Positions 18,636 to 28,494 of a stretch of 64,000 bases of DNA are shown piece by piece. Origin of the DNA: Candidatus Berkelbacteria bacterium (GTDB lineage: Bacteria; Patescibacteriota; UBA1384; 2-12-FULL-50-11); contig CP066697.1 in NCBI GenBank assembly GCA_016432625.1, forward strand, positions 215,363 through 279,362, written 5' to 3'. Under the pieces are notes generated by a model. That model made no database searches. It saw only the letters and a list, made by a program, of their open reading frames with translations, and was not told the origin of the DNA. Numbering within the stretch: position 1 is the stretch's first letter; each line of letters opens with the position of its first letter. Position numbers and translations under genes: made by a program.

Positions 18636-19418
18636 TTGAGTCAGTTGATGCTACTTTCTGCTAAAGACTTAGTTACTGAAACTACTTCCCAACTTGTTAG
18701 GGATCGTCAAAAAATCAAAACCAGGCCTGGGCTGGCTTTAGTTTGGGTGGGAAATGACCCACAGACCAAAACCTTCATCCGCGTTAAACAACAAAAAGCC
18801 AAACAACTGGACTGCGATTTTTACCTTCACCACTTAGAACACGCAAAATTCGACCAACTCTCGGCGTTAATGCGCGGCCTGAATCGTAAGAAAGAAATCC
18901 ACGGTATTGTCTTACAACTACCACTGCCCCGCAAAGAAGAGACCCAAGCGTTGATTGATTTGATGGAACCGAAAAAAGACATCGACCACCTTCGTCCCGA
19001 CAGCCCGTTCGATGCCCCAACCCCCAGCGGAATCCTGGCGATTTTACGCCATCATAATATTGATCCAAAAGATGAGAAGACAGTGATTTTGGGTGCCGGA
19101 CGGCTTGTTGGTGCCCCGCTTGCTGAAACCTACAAGAGAAATAAGTGGGATTTTGTGCAGATTCCACGCAAAGCCCGTGAACACCTCGAAGAAATCCGTC
19201 AGTCTAGCCTGCTTATAAGCGGTACTGGCGTACGTCAATTAGTAACGCCGGAGTTTGTTCGTGGCAAAATGGTCGTTGTTGATGGCTCGGGTATAGATGT
19301 TGACGTACCGGCGGTCGAAAAAGTCGCAAAAGCGGTGACACCTTCCAAAGGTGCCGTTGGCCCGATGACCGTTTGCTACTTGTTTAAGAATTTACTTCTT
19401 GCCGCGAAGCAGGCTTAA
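18636..19418 (+). CDS. folD: Methylenetetrahydrofolate dehydrogenase/cyclohydrolase, divergent
   Basis: PGLALVWVG, HGIVLQLPLP, KDID, PTP.GI, VGPMT. Confidence 0.85.
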   Translation: MSQLMLLSAKDLVTETTSQLVRDRQKIKTRPGLALVWVGNDPQTKTFIRVKQQKAKQLDCDFYLHHLEHAKFDQLSALMRGLNRKKEIHGIVLQLPLPRKEETQALIDLMEPKKDIDHLRPDSPFDAPTPSGILAILRHHNIDPKDEKTVILGAGRLVGAPLAETYKRNKWDFVQIPRKAREHLEEIRQSSLLISGTGVRQLVTPEFVRGKMVVVDGSGIDVDVPAVEKVAKAVTPSKGAVGPMTVCYLFKNLLLAAKQA

Positions 19419-21131
19419 GAATTGTTCTACAGAAACGGTTGATTGCTCCGGCGTGTGACGCTCGCGGACGGCAACGGTTTTAGCGGTTTGTTCTTTTTCG
19501 CCAACCACTAGGATAAACGGTATTTTCTGGCCCTCGGCTTGGCGGATACGCTTACCGAGCGATTCATTAGAATCATCCGTCTCAACTCTAACGCCGCTCT
19601 GGTGCAATTCGTCGGACACTTTATCGGCATAGGTGACGAACTTTTCACTTAACGGCAAAACGACTACTTGTACTGGCGCAAGCCAAACTGGAAACTCACC
19701 GCCGAAGTGTTCGATCAGGATCGAGACGAAGCGCTCAATGGAACCCATGATTGCGGCGTGAATCATGACAACGTCCTCGTCTTTACCTGCAGGATTGACA
19801 AAAGTCAGCTCAAAGCGTTTCGGCAGGTTCATGTCTAACTGAATTGTCGCTACTTGCCACTGACGCTCCAGTGAGTCGTAGGCCATAAAGTCAATTTTTG
19901 GTCCGTAAAAGTTGGCCTCGCCAGGTGCGACCAAATATTTCGCCCCACGTTTCTTAGCGGTTTTTTCTAATTCAGCCTCAGAATTTTTCCAAATCTTCGG
20001 ATCACCAAGATATTTCTCGGGAGTCTTAGGGTCGTGAAAAGATAATCTCACTTCAAGTCGGAAACCGAACCGGCTATAAAACTCCTCGACGATATCCCAA
20101 ATAGCGTCTAGTTCCTCGCTGACTTGGTCTGGCCGGCAAAAAACATGGGCATCGTCCTGAGTGATACTAATAACCCGACTTAAACCGGCCAGCTCACCTG
20201 ATTGTTCGTCACGATAGACCATTGTGGTATTGGCGTAACGTTGAGGCATCTCGCGGTAACTCCACTTTTTCCGCGCAAAAATCTGAGTGTGGTGCGGGCA
20301 ATTCATCGGCTTGACGGCAAATTGCTTGCCCTCACGGGTTTCAATTACGAACAGGTCGTCTTTGAATTTATCCCAGTGGCCGCTTTTCTCATACAAGTCT
20401 TTCTTCGCTAGGTGTGGGATTTCGACTTTCTCGTAACCTTTTTTGCGTCGCAGCTCCCAGACGAAATCGTCGAGTAACTCGCGGATGACGGTACCTTTTG
20501 GCGTCCAGAGCGGCAGGCCGGGGCCCACCAGTGGCGAGAAAACAAATAGGTCGAGTGCCACCCCGAGCTTTTTGTGGTCACGTTTCTTGGCTTCCTCCAA
20601 CATCTTAAGATGTTCGTCAAGCTCTTTCTTGGATTCGAAGGCCGTGCCGTAAATACGCGTTAGCATCGGATTGTTCTCGCTACCGCGCCAGTAAGCACCA
20701 GCAATACCGAGCAGTTTGACAGCTTTAACCTCCCCGGTCGAAGCAACGTGCGGGCCCTTGCACAAATCCCAAAAGTCGCCGATGACGTAGTGGCTGAGCT
20801 CTTTGTCGGGCAAATCGTTAATCAGCTCTTCTTTGTAGGGCTGGTGTTCTTTTTTTGCCCTGCCTAACGCCTCACTACGGGTCAAAGTTTTATGCTCAAC
20901 GGGCAAGTTCTTAGCGATTAACTGGCCGATCGTTTTCTCCAGGTTTCGTAGGACCTCATCGTTGATCGGTTTCGTAAACTCAAAATCGTAATAGAAGCCG
21001 TGCTCGATTGGCGGGCCGATTGCAAGTTTAGCCTTGGGGTCGTACTCGAGTACTGCCATAGCCAAAAGATGGGCGGCTGTGTGCCTGATACGGTAGAGCC
21101 GTGAGTCTTCGTAGGGTTTTTGGCTTTTCAT
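19392..21131 (-). CDS. thrS: Threonine--tRNA ligase
   Basis: RHTAAHLLA, DLCKGPHV, RDHKKLG, KPMNCP, FYGPKID. Confidence 0.97.
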   Translation of the reverse strand: MKSQKPYEDSRLYRIRHTAAHLLAMAVLEYDPKAKLAIGPPIEHGFYYDFEFTKPINDEVLRNLEKTIGQLIAKNLPVEHKTLTRSEALGRAKKEHQPYKEELINDLPDKELSHYVIGDFWDLCKGPHVASTGEVKAVKLLGIAGAYWRGSENNPMLTRIYGTAFESKKELDEHLKMLEEAKKRDHKKLGVALDLFVFSPLVGPGLPLWTPKGTVIRELLDDFVWELRRKKGYEKVEIPHLAKKDLYEKSGHWDKFKDDLFVIETREGKQFAVKPMNCPHHTQIFARKKWSYREMPQRYANTTMVYRDEQSGELAGLSRVISITQDDAHVFCRPDQVSEELDAIWDIVEEFYSRFGFRLEVRLSFHDPKTPEKYLGDPKIWKNSEAELEKTAKKRGAKYLVAPGEANFYGPKIDFMAYDSLERQWQVATIQLDMNLPKRFELTFVNPAGKDEDVVMIHAAIMGSIERFVSILIEHFGGEFPVWLAPVQVVVLPLSEKFVTYADKVSDELHQSGVRVETDDSNESLGKRIRQAEGQKIPFILVVGEKEQTAKTVAVRERHTPEQSTVSVEQFLSLLRGKK

Positions 21132-21186
21132 CTGTCACATCAGATTGTAACGGAACTTCTTAGGGTTTGAAACGCAACCGGTTGCC

Positions 21187-24100
21187 TTGCTGGCAATATC
21201 TTGCGATTATATTTTCGGAGGGAATATTTTTCGATCTAGCATTCCTAATAGAACAAAACACGCTCTGGCCAATTACCCATTGACCTTTTACTTTGGCCTA
21301 CTTGCTTTAGGCCTAGCCGCATTACTTGGTTGGCTGAAGTGGGCTTATAAGTGGGATATCGACTTCCAGCAGTTCTACTTATGGGCTAGCCGTAACGCGG
21401 AGATTTTACTGATCGGGGTAACTTTTTTGCTGAGCTTAACGCTGATTGCGAGCGCGATTGCATACAGGCAGACGTGCAAGATGAGCCAGGAAGATTACTA
21501 CCTGTGGCTTCAACAGCGGGCGACCAGAACACTCTTCCCGTTTTTTACGCCAATTCACGATTGGCTTAGACTACATGTCAGGCTCTATCGTTGGTGGCAC
21601 ACGCAGGTCTACTCAACGACATTACACGTGCTACTCTTTCTCTTTTTCCTTGTTTTGAGCGCCTCCTCCGTTAGAACGATTTATTCGCCGGCGCCGGGAG
21701 ACCCGGGTTGTACAGGCGACGAACCGCCAATCACGATTTCTAGCAACACAACCTGGTCGGGCAACAACTGTTACGACACCATAACAATTAATAATAACGC
21801 TACCCTAACTCTAAACGGGGGAGCTTCTGTTCAGGCTAACTCCCTCACTCTAGGGACGGGCGCCATACCGCCGGTGAATGGTCACATCACCTTCAAATAC
21901 GACACTCTTAATAACCTCGGTGTTTCGATCAAAATTTTGGGCGGCGTAACTGTGAATAGTGGTAGTACCATAAAGGGCAATGGCCAAGGCTACGCTGGTG
22001 GTACAGCCGGCTCAGTTAACGGCGCTGGAACCGGCGGTGGTCTTGGTAACGTTGGCGGCAACTCTGGCGGTGGTGGTTACGGCGGAGCCGGAGGAACGGT
22101 AGGTTCAGCGACAGGGGGTGCTACTTACGGCTCCGATACGGCGCCCGACGTCGCTGGTTCAGGCGGCGGGTACGTTTCTGTTAGTGGTGCGGCCAGTAAC
22201 GGCGGGGCTGGTGGTGCGGCGTTAAAAATTGAATCAACCGGTACTTTTACGTTTAATGGCAGTATTAATGCCGATGGTACTGTTAGTGTGCCAGCTTCGG
22301 GAATAGGCAGCGGTAAGGGGGGCGGGGGCTCTGGCGGTAGTGTTTGGATGATTGCTGACACTTTCACTGGTACCGGAACTGTTACGGCCAATGGTGCCAA
22401 CGGCGGGAGTAACGGTGGTGGTGGCGGTGGCGGTCGGATAGTTCGACGCTATACCTCAGCAATCGGTACGGGACTTACATTGAGCGCGACTAAAGGATCC
22501 GGAGGCACTGGCGGAGCCGATGGGACGATTAAAAATATCGGCCCGGTCACAACCTACGATGTTGCTGTTCCAGTCGGAGGCTCGACGACTAAAACAGCTG
22601 GGACGTCATTTTCTCTTGTGATTACGGCGAAGGATTCTCTTGGAGCAACGTACCCAACGTATAACGGTACGGTCACGTTTACTTCTAATGATACGCAAGC
22701 AATAATGCCTTCGAATTACACATTCGTCGCCGGTGATAATGGTATCAAAACCGTTAGTGGCTTCACGCTTAAGACGGCCGGCACCAAAACAATTACAGTA
22801 ACCGAGGTTGGTAATAGTACAGTTATCGGCACGATCAACTTAACGGTTATCGCCGGTACCGCCACCAACTTAACGGTGACGGGCATTACTTCAACGGTTA
22901 GCGCCGGTAATGCCGTATCTCCGACGGTGACGATCTTTGACCAGTACGGAAACGTCGCGACCACTTTTACGGGGGTGGTAAGTTTCTCGTCGAATGATGC
23001 TCAGGCGACGTTGCCGGCAAATTATACTTTCGGGAATCCAGACCAAGGAGTGAAAGTTTTCACCAACCAGTTTGTTGTCAAAACGGCCGGCACGAGAACG
23101 CTCACGGCGACAGCCACGTCGTCCAGTTCCCCGGGCCTTTCCTCGACCTTCCAGGGGTCCCACAGTAATTTCACTGTCGTACCAAATACAGCGACGCAGA
23201 TAATTCTGACCAACATTAATGACTCGGTCTTAGCTGGCGAAAAGCTGACCCCAATCGTAACGATGAAAGACGCCTACGGTAACGTTGCCACTGGCTACAC
23301 AGGAACAGTTCGCTTCACAGCGACAGATACTAGCGCCGTTTTGCCGGGCGATTACACCTATGTCGCGAACGATGCTGGGATTAAGACGTTCACAAACCTA
23401 CTAGAATTTAGAACCCTAGGTTCAATTACATTGACTATTGCCGAAATCGGGGGGTCGAGCGGAGGAATCATTTCAAGCGAACGGAGTCTATCCACTAAGC
23501 TGACTTTAACGGTTAACCCTGGTGCTCATTCTACGTACAGTCTAACTACCACCTCACCGCAAAAAGTTGGTGTTGGCTGGCAGGAAACGGTAACGCCGAA
23601 GGACGCTTTTGGTAATACCGTAACAATCTCGGAGAAAACCGTCATAACTCCTACCGCTTCGGGTTCGGTAAAGTTCTACACTAGCAATACTTACCTGACG
23701 GAAACAAGCGAGTATGTGATGGCGACTCAGTCGTTAACTATCTATCTCAAGGCAACCGCTGCTGGGACAACTACAATCACCGTTAATGACGGCACTCGTC
23801 AGGCCACTTCGGGAAGCATCAAGATCAATCCGGCGGATACCGCCACGGAAACACCGCCCGTGACTGGTACTACCGAAGAGACGCCGCCCACAACAGCTCC
23901 GCCAGTAACCACGCCGACTGTCTCTACACCACAGGCCACGTCCCAACCGTCAACTGGCATAACGCGAGTGTTCGAGACGATACAGGAAACTGTCGAGAAT
24001 AACCAAGCGTTGGTGAACGCTGCTAACACCGCTGCGGTGGCCGTCTCGCCCGTTGCTACGGTCGTTGCCCTGGGGCCACTTAGCACCGCGTTAGTAACGG

Positions 24101-24906
24101 CGATAATTGACACCTTTGTTAAGGGTGCCTCATTCCTTGGTGGGTTCTTCGGAGTTACGCCAACACGCTTACGCGGTAGGCGTTGGGGCATTGTTCGTAA
24201 CCGACGAAGCGGCATGCCAATTGGCGGCGTGTTTATCGAGTTATTGGACGCTACTGGAGAGGCGATCGACCGGGTCTTGACCGACCGAACCGGACATTAT
24301 GCCTTCCTTGTGGATAAGCCCGGACGTTACTGGATCCAAGTGAGAAATCCGCTCTATGAACGATTTTTGAGCCGTCCGCTAACTGTCAATAATCCTGCCG
24401 ACGATTTAATCAATGAAGACATAACGCTTGAGTTGATTGAGGAGAAATTGAAGAGTCGCATGATGATGGTTGGCTGGCTCTTTGGTCTCATGAGGGTACT
24501 TAACTTCATCCACTGGCCGCTCTTAATCTTCGGTAGCGTGTTAGCCGTTTATATCTACTCGATCGATCAGACTTTGCTTAAAGCGCTCGTGGTATCGCTC
24601 TATGTCCTGTTGTGGGGAACAAAGGTACTTGAACTTGATTACAAGCGACCGTTCGGAGTGGTAGTGGATGCGCAAACCGGTAAGCCCCAGCCTTCATCCG
24701 TGGTTCAGATTGTTCAGCGCTCCAAAAACGAAGGCCCGGCGAGTGTCCGTTCAACTATCACAGACCATGCGGGACGTTTCCTATTTGTCATCAAGCCTGG
24801 GCGATATCACCTAATTGCCGGGAAAGAAGGGTACGAACCAGTTGAGATGGAAATTCAGGGCGACACCGTTAACCTAACGATCAAGTTGAAGCAGGATAAG
24901 CGCTAG
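21187..24906 (+). CDS. Large membrane-anchored surface protein with Gly-rich region and Ig-like repeats
   Basis: 1239-aa ORF; N-terminal TMs, GGxGG repeats, three V.F...D..A..P..YT....D.G.K repeats, Thr/Pro linker, two TD..G.(Y/F).F...PG.Y domains; start uncertain. Confidence 0.85.
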   Translation: MLAISCDYIFGGNIFRSSIPNRTKHALANYPLTFYFGLLALGLAALLGWLKWAYKWDIDFQQFYLWASRNAEILLIGVTFLLSLTLIASAIAYRQTCKMSQEDYYLWLQQRATRTLFPFFTPIHDWLRLHVRLYRWWHTQVYSTTLHVLLFLFFLVLSASSVRTIYSPAPGDPGCTGDEPPITISSNTTWSGNNCYDTITINNNATLTLNGGASVQANSLTLGTGAIPPVNGHITFKYDTLNNLGVSIKILGGVTVNSGSTIKGNGQGYAGGTAGSVNGAGTGGGLGNVGGNSGGGGYGGAGGTVGSATGGATYGSDTAPDVAGSGGGYVSVSGAASNGGAGGAALKIESTGTFTFNGSINADGTVSVPASGIGSGKGGGGSGGSVWMIADTFTGTGTVTANGANGGSNGGGGGGGRIVRRYTSAIGTGLTLSATKGSGGTGGADGTIKNIGPVTTYDVAVPVGGSTTKTAGTSFSLVITAKDSLGATYPTYNGTVTFTSNDTQAIMPSNYTFVAGDNGIKTVSGFTLKTAGTKTITVTEVGNSTVIGTINLTVIAGTATNLTVTGITSTVSAGNAVSPTVTIFDQYGNVATTFTGVVSFSSNDAQATLPANYTFGNPDQGVKVFTNQFVVKTAGTRTLTATATSSSSPGLSSTFQGSHSNFTVVPNTATQIILTNINDSVLAGEKLTPIVTMKDAYGNVATGYTGTVRFTATDTSAVLPGDYTYVANDAGIKTFTNLLEFRTLGSITLTIAEIGGSSGGIISSERSLSTKLTLTVNPGAHSTYSLTTTSPQKVGVGWQETVTPKDAFGNTVTISEKTVITPTASGSVKFYTSNTYLTETSEYVMATQSLTIYLKATAAGTTTITVNDGTRQATSGSIKINPADTATETPPVTGTTEETPPTTAPPVTTPTVSTPQATSQPSTGITRVFETIQETVENNQALVNAANTAAVAVSPVATVVALGPLSTALVTAIIDTFVKGASFLGGFFGVTPTRLRGRRWGIVRNRRSGMPIGGVFIELLDATGEAIDRVLTDRTGHYAFLVDKPGRYWIQVRNPLYERFLSRPLTVNNPADDLINEDITLELIEEKLKSRMMMVGWLFGLMRVLNFIHWPLLIFGSVLAVYIYSIDQTLLKALVVSLYVLLWGTKVLELDYKRPFGVVVDAQTGKPQPSSVVQIVQRSKNEGPASVRSTITDHAGRFLFVIKPGRYHLIAGKEGYEPVEMEIQGDTVNLTIKLKQDKR

Positions 24907-26042
24907 CGCTTAAGTATCGAGGCGATTTTTTTGGCAAGTGACGGCATGTCTTTCGTTGTCATGCCCTTGGTGGTAATTGCCGGTGTACCAAGCCTAATAC
25001 CGTTGGGGTTCATCGGTGAAGCGTCGTCGTAAGGGATAGTATTTTTGTTAACGACTATCTTTTCTTTTTCCAGGCGACTCTGGGCCTCAGTGCCGTCGAT
25101 TCCAAGTGGGCGTAAGTCTATAAGCATTAAGTGGTTGTCGGTGCCGTCGGTTAAGATCGTGATTCCTTCTTTTTGCAGGGATTGTGATAACTCGCGCGCG
25201 TTATCCAGTACGGCCTGGCAGTACTCAACGTATTTTGGGGATGATGCTTCTTCTAGCGCGACGCCAATTGAGGCAATGGCATTTTCATGCGGACCACCCT
25301 GGATGCCAGGGAAAACCGCTTTATCGATTTGTTTTGCTAGATCTTCCCTGCAAAAAATTAACGCTCCTCGCGGTCCACGTAGCAGTTTATGGGTTGTTGT
25401 TGTCACAATATCGGCGTTACCAAATGGCGTTGGATGAAGGCCGGTTGCCACCAGTCCAGAGATGTGGGAAATGTCCGCCAAATGATAGGCTCCAACACTT
25501 TTAGCGATAGCACTAAGGCGTGCAAAGTCGATTGTGCGTGGGTAGGCCGAGGCGCCAGAGATAATCAGTTTTGGTTTTGAAGCCTTAGCGGCCTTAGCGA
25601 TTTCGCCATAGTCGAGCCGGTAACCTTTCTGGCTTACAACGTATGAAGTCCGGTTGTAAGTTTTGCCAGAAATCGTAATAGGATGGCCGTGCGTTAAGTG
25701 ACCACCGTGGCTAAGCTCGAGTCCCATAATTGGGTCCCCCGGCTGGAGGAGTGCGAAGTACACCGCTAAGTTCGCAATTGAACCCGAATAGGCTTGGGTA
25801 TTGACGTGATAATCGGTTTTAAAAACTTTCTGCGCCAAGCCAATCACTAGGTTCTCCATCTCGTCGACTACTTCATTACCGGCGTAATAACGCTTACCGG
25901 GGTAGCCTTCGGCGTATTTGTTAGTGAAATCAGATGCAAGGGCTGCTTTAACCGCATCGGAGGCGTAGTTTTCAGAAGCAATTAGATCAATACATTCGGC
26001 TTGTCGTGCCGTCTCCCGCTTCACTAAATCGACGATCTTCAT
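24903..26042 (-). CDS. glyA: Serine hydroxymethyltransferase
   Basis: LIASEN, NKYAEGYPGKRYY, GGHLTHG, TTTTHKLLRGPRG. Confidence 0.97.
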   Translation of the reverse strand: MKIVDLVKRETARQAECIDLIASENYASDAVKAALASDFTNKYAEGYPGKRYYAGNEVVDEMENLVIGLAQKVFKTDYHVNTQAYSGSIANLAVYFALLQPGDPIMGLELSHGGHLTHGHPITISGKTYNRTSYVVSQKGYRLDYGEIAKAAKASKPKLIISGASAYPRTIDFARLSAIAKSVGAYHLADISHISGLVATGLHPTPFGNADIVTTTTHKLLRGPRGALIFCREDLAKQIDKAVFPGIQGGPHENAIASIGVALEEASSPKYVEYCQAVLDNARELSQSLQKEGITILTDGTDNHLMLIDLRPLGIDGTEAQSRLEKEKIVVNKNTIPYDDASPMNPNGIRLGTPAITTKGMTTKDMPSLAKKIASILKR

Positions 26043-26164
26043 GAGAGCATGTTAGCAGTAAGATGATTTGGTTCCAAGCGACGCGCCATCGGGGTAGCGG
26101 CATAATCCAAGCGGCTCGTTTTACATGACAAATTCAGACTCAGACCCTACAATACGGAAGAACG

Positions 26165-26328
26165 ATGACTGTTATTGCCCGAAATACCCAAGCTTTGCTT
26201 TCGTTGCTCACAATGCGGATTATTGGTGGTGGCAAATGACAATCATAGCTCGCAATACTCAAGCTTCGCTTTCATTGCTCGCTTTGCCGATTATTATAAT
26301 TAGCCAATGACAACCATAGCTCGCAATA
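26165..26328 (+). repeat. Two tandem 71-bp units, each starting with a variant of the smpB 5' end
   Basis: ATGs at 26165, 26236 and 26307 read MTVIARN, MTIIARN, MTTIARN; the two units are 51/71 identical ungapped (hand count). Confidence 0.85.
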
Positions 26329-26756
26329 AAAAGGCCTTCTTTGACTATGAAATCGAGGACAGCGTAGAGGCTGGTCTCGTATTACTTGGAGCAGAAATTA
26401 AAGCCATCCGCGCTAAAGACGTTAATATCACCGGTAGTTACATTAAGCCGTTTGCTGATAAATCAGGACGGGTTGAGCTATGGTGGGTTGGCAGCCATTT
26501 TGGCGTCGCTGAGGGTGATCAGACAAGGACGAAAAAGTTGCTGCTTAACCGTCGGGAGATTGATCATATCACTGGCCGACAGAGCGCCAAGGGTCAGACA
26601 ATTTTGCCCTTGGAGCTCTTTATCAACCGTGGTCGTGCCAAGCTAAAAATAGGTTTAGGTACTCACAAGAAGCCTCATGACCGTCGAGAAGAGCTGCGCG
26701 AGCGTGCTGTTCAGCGCGATGCTGAACGTGACTGGCGCGAACGTTCGAAGCGCTAG
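26307..26756 (+). CDS. smpB: SsrA-binding protein SmpB
   Basis: ARNKKAFFDY, EAGLVLLGAEIKAIR, KLLLNRREI, HDRRE. Confidence 0.95.
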   Translation: MTTIARNKKAFFDYEIEDSVEAGLVLLGAEIKAIRAKDVNITGSYIKPFADKSGRVELWWVGSHFGVAEGDQTRTKKLLLNRREIDHITGRQSAKGQTILPLELFINRGRAKLKIGLGTHKKPHDRREELRERAVQRDAERDWRERSKR

Positions 26757-27611
26757 TTACCTACTAGTTGGCGTGGAACTCTCGTCCTCAGACGAAGTTA
26801 ATTCCTTGAGTTTGTCGATCTCGTCTCGGGCGGCGCTCAGGCTTGTTTTTGCTTCTTTAAGCTTGGCCTTCGCTGCTGCCAGGTCAGTTTTATAACTGGA
26901 CGCACCCGGGTCGTTAGCAATTTTCTTGTAGGCGTCGTATGCAGCCTGCGCGCTAGTTTTTGCCTGGGCCAGCAAGCCCTCCAACGTCGTAGTATCGAGG
27001 CCGTCGGCCTTTAGACGATCAACTAAAGTTTTTAGCTTACCGTCAATCAGTCCGATTATTCTGTCTGAAGCGCACATGCCGCGCACTGCTGGTAGCAGGG
27101 CGACGTAAACGTGATTCTTGCCGATGATGCCGTTCTTTATCTGTGAACGAACTTGGTCGACGGTTGTATTACTCGGCACAGCTGCGAGATCTTGTTCCAA
27201 TCGGGCAATTACAGCGTTAATCGCGGTCGTTGCTTCAGCCTTAGCCGCAGCGCGACATTTTTTGGTATATTCGCCATCGCGCAACTTCTTTAAGAGTTCC
27301 AAGCGTTCCTCGGTCAATTTCTCAGCTAGCTCTTTTGAGGATTCTAACTTTTTATCTTCTCGGGCATTTTTCGCTGTCTCGAGTGCGGCCTTGCGCGCTT
27401 CTCGCTCTTTCTTTACTTGCTCACGCAAGTTCTCGGCGGTTGTCTTCTTCAATTCAGCTTCTTTCTTCTGGGCCTCAGTTTGCTCAGTAGTACTGGATGA
27501 TTCAGTGTCCTCGGCAAGGACTCTCACTGTAGTCGGGTAGGCTAGTAGGCCGAAGGCTAGAACTAACCCCAGGCTCACGCTTCCAACGGTCTTAAAAATC
27601 GATCGTGTCAT
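26757..27611 (-). CDS. Secreted helical/coiled-coil hypothetical protein
   Basis: AAGGGAG RBS before MTRSIF; signal peptide ending VLA-E; Ala/Lys/Glu-rich. Confidence 0.75.
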   Translation of the reverse strand: MTRSIFKTVGSVSLGLVLAFGLLAYPTTVRVLAEDTESSSTTEQTEAQKKEAELKKTTAENLREQVKKEREARKAALETAKNAREDKKLESSKELAEKLTEERLELLKKLRDGEYTKKCRAAAKAEATTAINAVIARLEQDLAAVPSNTTVDQVRSQIKNGIIGKNHVYVALLPAVRGMCASDRIIGLIDGKLKTLVDRLKADGLDTTTLEGLLAQAKTSAQAAYDAYKKIANDPGASSYKTDLAAAKAKLKEAKTSLSAARDEIDKLKELTSSEDESSTPTSR

Positions 27612-27870
27612 CGTCGCTCCCTTCATCACTTGCGATTTGTGTTAGCTCTGTATCAACTTCATCCAAGGTCGAGGAAATTTCAGTTTTCGCCTCTGCTTTT
27701 GGATCGGTTGCAGTTGGCGTTTCGGTCGTTGTCGTCGTCGCTGTCGTGTCGGCGGTTTTTGAGGCACCGGTCAGATAGAACCACGCCGAAGCGCCGATTA
27801 TCAGCGCCACAAAAACTACTGCCAAAATTACGTAAATTACTTTTGAGCCCCCAGTACTTTCTTCACCCAT
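27592..27870 (-). CDS. Small single-TM protein with Thr-rich linker
   Basis: TM helix, TTTTT linker, acidic tail. Confidence 0.7.
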   Translation of the reverse strand: MGEESTGGSKVIYVILAVVFVALIIGASAWFYLTGASKTADTTATTTTTETPTATDPKAEAKTEISSTLDEVDTELTQIASDEGSDDDTIDF

Positions 27871-27933
27871 GATTATATAACCCCCTTATTACAATACGCT
27901 CTCAAAGAGAGAGCCAAGAGTCAAGGACAATTT

Positions 27934-28419
27934 TTACTGAGCGTTTTCGTATTTCCAGGTTAGGACGTCGGTAGCTTTAGTTATATAAGTACTTGCGCCC
28001 ACTTCAGCAGGAGCACCGTTAATGTAGAACACCCAGAACTGATTTTCTGTCGAGGCTTTACCGTTGATAGCGATCACTAATTCACCGAGCCCTTCGTAAG
28101 TCTTGGTCTCTATCACAGCTCGTTCTCTGAGTAGCTCCACAGCGTTTTTACCCTCAACGCCTTGATAACTAATTTCGTTCTCAGTCTGCGTTACGGCCGT
28201 TGCGGCACCATCGGTCGTCTGTGGTTTATGGATAATTAGGTAAAGTCCGAAAGCTAGAATAAGTGCCATAAGCACGAGTACTAGACCTGTCCAGCGGGCT
28301 AGCGTTGTATGTGCTGTTTGGACTGTAACTGTCGAGCGGCTCTGATCTTCGGACTTGCGAGTAGAACGGGTTACGGTTGCAGACTTGCGGGGAGTTCGTT
28401 TGATTCTTCGTGTTGCCAT
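27934..28419 (-). CDS. DUF4430 (transcobalamin-like C-terminal) domain membrane protein
   Basis: GELVIAING...FWVFYING....VGA..Y......LTWKY. Confidence 0.75.
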   Translation of the reverse strand: MATRRIKRTPRKSATVTRSTRKSEDQSRSTVTVQTAHTTLARWTGLVLVLMALILAFGLYLIIHKPQTTDGAATAVTQTENEISYQGVEGKNAVELLRERAVIETKTYEGLGELVIAINGKASTENQFWVFYINGAPAEVGASTYITKATDVLTWKYENAQ

Positions 28420-28494
28420 TGTTGTTCACTTGTACGGTAAAACAAATCCGGCGTCAAGTGTAGCTTTGGAAGTTGTTACAGATATAATACCGAT

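Noticed and set aside
19392-21131. ThrRS lacking the N-terminal TGS domain; split transketolase at 62849-64000
   Set aside because: Both are common, known architectures.
26125-26310. 61-aa ORF upstream of smpB
   Set aside because: It reads repeat unit 1 out of frame and joins unit 2; better explained by the 71-bp repeats.
26043-26760. tmRNA next to smpB
   Set aside because: No tRNA-Ala-like ends or tag reading frame recognised here.
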